Assembly (NCBI GenBank): GCA_015295835.1
Contig: DVEG01000020.1
Span: 299,709 to 331,708 of the forward strand
Direction: 5' to 3'
Source of the DNA: Oscillatoriaceae cyanobacterium M7585_C2015_266
GTDB taxonomy: Bacteria > Cyanobacteriota > Cyanobacteriia > Cyanobacteriales > Oscillatoriaceae
DNA: 32,000 bases
Position numbers and translations under genes: made by a program. Shown in pieces: positions 27,836 through 32,000 of this stretch; position 1 is the stretch's first letter; each line of letters begins with the position of its first letter. The notes beneath the pieces were generated by a model that searched no databases, was not told the DNA's origin, and saw only the letters and a program-made list of their open reading frames with translations.

Positions 27836-28267
27836 ATGCCTTACGAATTTCTAGAAGATACCGCCACCGCTGATATTGCTTTTCGCGCCTGGGGAAAAAA
27901 CCTAGAAGAATTATTCATCGCCGCCGGCGACGCCACAATAAACACAATGATCGATAATATCGATGCGATCGCACCCAAAGAAACCCGCACCTTCAACCTA
28001 GAAAATGACGACTTAGACATGCTACTATTTAACTTCCTACAAGAACTCATCTACTACAAAGATAGCGAACAGCTCCTACTCAGAGCACAACACATTAATA
28101 TTTCCCAAGAAAATAACAAACACCAACTCAAAGCCATCACAGCAGGAGAAACCCTGACTCCTGAAAAACACTCTCAGCGAGTAGATGTAAAAGCCGTTAC
28201 ATTACACCGCTTTCAACTAGAAAAAACCGCCAACGGTTGGGAGACTTTCATAATACTAGACATTTAA
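27836..28267 (+). CDS. Archease (RtcB activator)
   Basis: 143 aa. The N-terminal YEFLEDTATADIAFRAWGKNLEELFIAAGDA and the C-terminal VKAVTLHRFQL...ILDI match the archease pattern. The start codon is 3 nt after the GTPase stop. Confidence 0.88.
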   Translation: MPYEFLEDTATADIAFRAWGKNLEELFIAAGDATINTMIDNIDAIAPKETRTFNLENDDLDMLLFNFLQELIYYKDSEQLLLRAQHINISQENNKHQLKAITAGETLTPEKHSQRVDVKAVTLHRFQLEKTANGWETFIILDI

Positions 28268-28311
28268 TTTAATAAAAAAAATACCGGCAACTCCAAAAAC
28301 AAAATGCACCT

Positions 28312-29010
28312 ATGACATTTATTCTCACCAACGATGACGGAATTGACGCCCCCGGCTTGCACGCACTCCTAAAAGCCGTAAACGGCAAAGCCATTCTAAT
28401 TGCTCCCAAACAAGAATGCTCTGGTTGTAGTCATCGCGTCACGACAAAGGAAGGGATTCATGTCGAAAAACGCTCCCAAACCGCCTACGCTGTAGGTGGC
28501 ACCCCCGCAGATTGCATACGCCTAGCAATATCACATCTTTGCCCAGATGTAAAATGGGTGCTCTCTGGTATCAATTGGGGAGGAAATGTGGGAGTAGATA
28601 CTTATATCTCCGGTACGGTTGCCGCAGTGCGCGAAGCGGCTTTTCACGGCATTCCTGCGATCGCAATTTCCCATTATCGCAAAGGCAAACTAAATGTTGA
28701 TTGGGAACTAGCTGCCCACTGGGCAGCTATAGTACTAGATGAATTACTTAGTCGCCCCCTCGCACCCGGTAGCTTCTGGAATGTAAATCTGCCGCACCTG
28801 CTCCCCGGCGCTCCCGCTCCTCAGATAGTATTTTGCCCCCCCAGTAGGCAACCATTACCACTGAAATATCGGGTAGAAGGAGAATATTTTTATTATATCG
28901 GCGATTATGCCAGCCGTGAACGTGCTCCAGGCACCGATGTCGATGTCTGTTTTTCTGGTAATATTGCCGTCACCCAGTTGCGACTAGAGAGCGCTCGCTT
29001 CTTACTGTAA
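28312..29010 (+). CDS. surE: 5'/3'-nucleotidase SurE (short form)
   Basis: N-terminal ILTNDDGIDAPGL, GTPADC, SGINWGGNVG, SGTVAAVREAAFHGIPAIAIS, and the C-terminal TDVDVCFSGNIAVTQL. Confidence 0.88.
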   Translation: MTFILTNDDGIDAPGLHALLKAVNGKAILIAPKQECSGCSHRVTTKEGIHVEKRSQTAYAVGGTPADCIRLAISHLCPDVKWVLSGINWGGNVGVDTYISGTVAAVREAAFHGIPAIAISHYRKGKLNVDWELAAHWAAIVLDELLSRPLAPGSFWNVNLPHLLPGAPAPQIVFCPPSRQPLPLKYRVEGEYFYYIGDYASRERAPGTDVDVCFSGNIAVTQLRLESARFLL

Positions 29011-29043
29011 AATAACTCCTAACAATAACAAGGATTAAAGCCA

Positions 29044-29979
29044 ATGCGAATCTTAATAATGGGTGGCACCCGGTTTGTCGGGGTTTATCTAACTAAAATT
29101 TTAGTCGCACAAGGGCACGAAGTCGTTCTCTTCAATCGCGGTAAAAAACCAGCACCCGTTGCAGGAATTCAGCAAATTCACGGTGATAGAACTGATGCTG
29201 CCATTCTTAAAGAAAAACTCGCACATGAAGAATTTGACGCAATTTTTGATAACAACGGACGAGAATTAAGCGACACACAACCCCTAGCTGAAATTTTTAA
29301 AGGGCGAGTAAAGCATTTTATTTATATGAGTTCGGCTGGCGTTTATCTAAAAACAGATCAACTGCCTCATATAGAAGGCGACGCGCTCGATCCGAAAAGC
29401 CGTCACAAAGGAAAATACGAAACCGAATCTTATCTGGCTGAACAAAAATTACCTTGGACTTCAATTCGCCCTACTTATATTTATGGTCCTCAAAATTATA
29501 ATGATATTGAAGCCTGGTTTTTTGATCGCATCATTCGCGCTCGCCCTATTCCTATACCAGGCAACGGATTACATATCACCCAACTTGGGCACTGCCAGGA
29601 TTTAGCAAGAGCAATGGCAGCCGTACTCGGTAACGAAAAAGCAATAGCACAGGTTTATAATGTATCGGGTGAGCGTTACGTAACTTTCGACGGATTAGCG
29701 CGCGCCTGTGCCGAAGCAGCCGGCAAATCCCCCGATTCTATTAAACTCGTACATTACGATCCAAAAAAATTCGATTTCGGCAGTCGCAAAGGCTTTCCCC
29801 TGCGCGTGCAGCACTTTTTTGCCTCCATTGAAAAAGCCAAACGCGACTTGAATTGGCAGCCAGAATTTGACTTGCTCTCTGGATTAAAAGACTCTTTCGA
29901 AAACGATTATTTAGCTTCAGGGCGCGATAAAGCAGAAATTGATTTCTCCGTAGATGACGAAATTCTTAAAAATGTTTAA
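29044..29979 (+). CDS. NAD-dependent epimerase/dehydratase-fold protein, CSP41b-like (chloroplast stem-loop RNA-binding protein homologue)
   Basis: Rossmann motif ILIMGGTRFVG. Long blocks (SSAGVYLK...DPKSRHKGK.ETE...WTSIRP.YIYGP.NYN..E.WFF.R....RPIP.P..G....QLGH..DLA......LGNEKA....N.SGE.YVTFDGLA.AC...G........HY.PK.FDFG..K.FP.R.QHFFAS.EKAK..L.W.PEFDL) match my recollection of plant CSP41b. Confidence 0.7.
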   Translation: MRILIMGGTRFVGVYLTKILVAQGHEVVLFNRGKKPAPVAGIQQIHGDRTDAAILKEKLAHEEFDAIFDNNGRELSDTQPLAEIFKGRVKHFIYMSSAGVYLKTDQLPHIEGDALDPKSRHKGKYETESYLAEQKLPWTSIRPTYIYGPQNYNDIEAWFFDRIIRARPIPIPGNGLHITQLGHCQDLARAMAAVLGNEKAIAQVYNVSGERYVTFDGLARACAEAAGKSPDSIKLVHYDPKKFDFGSRKGFPLRVQHFFASIEKAKRDLNWQPEFDLLSGLKDSFENDYLASGRDKAEIDFSVDDEILKNV

Positions 29980-29990
29980 TGTGTAAATAT

Positions 29991-30012
29991 AGAGCGGCAG
30001 CTCCGCCGCTCT
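29991..30012. terminator. 8-bp GC-rich hairpin between convergent genes
   Basis: AGAGCGGC (29991-29998) pairs with GCCGCTCT (30005-30012) around a 6-nt loop. It lies between the CSP41-like stop (29979) and the pgsA stop (30020). Confidence 0.5.
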
Positions 30013-30019
30013 AATACCG

Positions 30020-30532
30020 TCAAGTTTTTTCCTGAAACGGCAATAAATACAAAGCTCCTGAAATTAAAGTTAAAGCAACGGCAATCCAAAATGCAATCAA
30101 GGAAGGAAGTCGCCAAACAGCAGAAAGAGGAGCAACCAAAAGAGCGATCGCAACAATTTGACTAACAGTTTTCAGCTTTCCCCAGAAATTCGCTCCCGAA
30201 ATAGCAGTCTGGCTTACTCGCCAACCTGCGATCGTCAGTTCTCGTGCTAAAATTAAAAATACTCCCCAGGCAGGTACTTGTCTAATTTCCACCAGTGCCA
30301 ACAGAGGTGCCAGTACTAGCAACTTATCCACCAGCGGATCGAGAAATTTGCCTAAATCCGTGATTTGATTAAGCTTTCTCGCCAAATAACCATCTAGCCA
30401 ATCAGTACCCGCTGCTAGCAGGAAAATAAAAACACATATCCACCGATGCGCCCTTGTCGGCTCCTGTAGAAAATAGAGAATAAATGGCACCCCTAAAAGG
30501 CGAGAAAATGTTATCCAGGTGGGAAGATTCAT
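30020..30532 (-). CDS. pgsA: CDP-diacylglycerol--glycerol-3-phosphate 3-phosphatidyltransferase
   Basis: CDP-alcohol phosphatidyltransferase motif DGYLARKLNQITDLGKFLDPLVDK, within a multi-TM protein of about 170 aa. Confidence 0.88.
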   Translation of the reverse strand: MNLPTWITFSRLLGVPFILYFLQEPTRAHRWICVFIFLLAAGTDWLDGYLARKLNQITDLGKFLDPLVDKLLVLAPLLALVEIRQVPAWGVFLILARELTIAGWRVSQTAISGANFWGKLKTVSQIVAIALLVAPLSAVWRLPSLIAFWIAVALTLISGALYLLPFQEKT

Positions 30533-30583
30533 CAATCGGATACTAGTAGATTAGATATACATTGGGGACTTTCTACTTTAATA

Positions 30584-31282
30584 TCAATAAGCCCCGTCCT
30601 TTTTCAAAACTACCTCAATAGTTTTAAGAATAAGAAAAATATCATAGGCAACAGACCACCGCTGCTGGTAATCTAGATCCATACTTACGATCGCCTCAAA
30701 ATCTTTCACATTCGAGCGCCCCTTGACTTGCCACTCCCCTGTCAAGCCAGGTTTAACATTTAACCGCAGCCAGTGGTGAGGCTCGTAATGTTTCACTTCA
30801 TCTGGAGTAGGCGGGCGGGTTCCTACCAAACTCATATCGCCGATGAGAACATTCCAAAACTGGGGCAATTCATCCAAACTGTAACGGCGTAGGAATCTGC
30901 CAAGGGGAGTAATGCGTGGATCATTCTCGTTTTTAAAAATATACCCTTTTGCTTGGTTAGGCACTAAATGTTTTAACTTCTCCGCCCCTACTATCATTGA
31001 ACGAAATTTCCAGATGCGAAATAGACGCCCCCTGTAGCCGCAGCGAATCTGGCTATAGAAAAGAGGACCCGGATCTATTAATAACATAGCGATCGCTATG
31101 GGAATCGCCACAATAGCCGTAATCGCCAATCCGACTAGAGCGCCGACAATATCAATTAGGCGTTTAACTTTATTATTAACTGAGGGATGCTCCTGCTCTG
31201 TGAATAAAGACAGTCTACATTTTTCATCAACGGCAGGAGACAGGTTTGGTAAAGAAGGATACAAATCAGTAGTTACAAGCAC
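30584..31282 (-). CDS. Polyprenyl-phosphate sugar phosphotransferase (bacterial sugar transferase, WbaP/EpsL C-terminal type)
   Basis: KRLIDIVGALVGL TM helix, then FRIWKFRSM, DPRITPLGRFLRRYSLDELPQFWNVLIGDMSLVGTRPP and LKPGLTGEWQV. GTG start. Confidence 0.85.
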   Translation of the reverse strand: MLVTTDLYPSLPNLSPAVDEKCRLSLFTEQEHPSVNNKVKRLIDIVGALVGLAITAIVAIPIAIAMLLIDPGPLFYSQIRCGYRGRLFRIWKFRSMIVGAEKLKHLVPNQAKGYIFKNENDPRITPLGRFLRRYSLDELPQFWNVLIGDMSLVGTRPPTPDEVKHYEPHHWLRLNVKPGLTGEWQVKGRSNVKDFEAIVSMDLDYQQRWSVAYDIFLILKTIEVVLKKDGAY

Positions 31283-31441
31283 GGCTTAAATGCAAATCCT
31301 CTACATATTTAGTTGTTTGTGACTACATACTAAAGTTCAAATCCTCGTAAAATTACGGATTTACCAAATCTTTAAATTTTTTTTTATTTTTTTAAAGATC
31401 CAATTAATTTTCAGTTTTTAGCTAAAATATAAACTTTTAAA

Positions 31442-32000
31442 TCACCGCCTTACCAGCTCAATTATAAGGGGTTCATCCAATCGCTGGTAAGAGCCAGCCA
31501 TCAAATCATTAAAATACTGACTGAGTAGACGAGCTTGTGAAAGGTTGACATGATATAACTGCTGTTGTTGATAGAAAAGGGGAGTCTTGCTGAGAGCAAG
31601 ATAATCCGGATTTTCTTTAAAATCGGGATTAAGCAAGACACGCTCCTCAAAGGCAGGTTGTAGGAAAGTGGGGAGATACCCATCTAGGAAGCGCCCAATC
31701 CTTTCCCTGACGACGTTAGTATTGATACCGCGACGCTCCAATAACAGCAAAATTTCTTCTTGAGAAAAAGAGGGATTTGTATCGGCAAGGGAAAACTTTT
31801 GCAGAAGAGTTCGCAAAATTTCTGTCAACAAGAAAGCATCACTATACTGAAAGCGATAAGTATTGACAATGCGGGGATGCAAGGGAACTGCTGCCAACCC
31901 GTAAGCGATCCGACTACAGGCAAGAGGGCGAGCGCTTGCATAAGTATCCTGAATAATTATAGCATTAGGGAGCTTCTGTCGCAACCAACGAGCGAGCACA
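31442..32000 (-). CDS. C-terminal part of an unidentified protein (ORF runs off the right edge)
   Basis: The frame is open from the window edge for 185 codons, ending at a stop at 31442-31444. No motif recognised. Confidence 0.45.
   Translation of the reverse strand, partial: VLARWLRQKLPNAIIIQDTYASARPLACSRIAYGLAAVPLHPRIVNTYRFQYSDAFLLTEILRTLLQKFSLADTNPSFSQEEILLLLERRGINTNVVRERIGRFLDGYLPTFLQPAFEERVLLNPDFKENPDYLALSKTPLFYQQQQLYHVNLSQARLLSQYFNDLMAGSYQRLDEPLIIELVRR

Noticed and set aside
25487-29979. A canonical rtcBA/rtcR (sigma54-regulated) RNA repair operon
   Set aside because: No RtcA cyclase or RtcR-like AAA+ regulator is present in the window. This RtcB is the archease-dependent long type, so the E. 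coli paradigm does not apply.
1-32000. CRISPR arrays, tRNA/rRNA genes, transposases, integrases and prophage genes
   Set aside because: There are no arrays of three or more regularly spaced direct repeats; the only tandem repeat has two copies, at 16272-16300. I saw no cloverleaf-compatible T-arm or anticodon-arm pattern, and no ORF has transposase or integrase motifs.

Overview
This is a cyanobacterial chromosomal segment. By eye I count about 30 copies of the HIP1 octamer GCGATCGC, and the gene content is typical of the phylum. I call about 31 protein genes, mostly housekeeping: bifunctional RelA/SpoT, SerS, RseP, Nth, ribosomal protein S14, Aat, PgsA, a divergent Mn/Zn ABC importer, a fused ABC ATPase, and HD, TPM, EamA and fasciclin proteins. 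I found no tRNA or rRNA genes, CRISPR arrays, transposases or integrases.

Three regions stand out.

1. 24.7-30.0 kb holds an RNA-repair-type cluster. An archaeal/eukaryal-type RtcB ligase, a COG0523 (CobW-like, GCxCC) G3E GTPase and archease are separated by 3-nt spacers, followed co-directionally by SurE and a CSP41-like SDR protein. The cluster is preceded by two tandem, diverged copies of a roughly 180-260 nt structured RNA-like element. Its hairpin stem and a long-range pairing are both supported by compensatory changes between the two copies.

2. 18.6-23.8 kb holds a co-directional trio: a HerA-like ATPase with no NurA partner, a Tat-signal pseudo-orthocaspase (the catalytic His is replaced by Tyr, and the Cys is missing), and a DUF3598 protein.

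3. An orphan C5-cytosine methyltransferase lies between mntC and serS. The genome around it is saturated with HIP1 and with a second over-represented motif, GAGCGCTCGCT (core GCGAGCGC).

All calls come from reading the sequence and the ORF track. No database search was possible.
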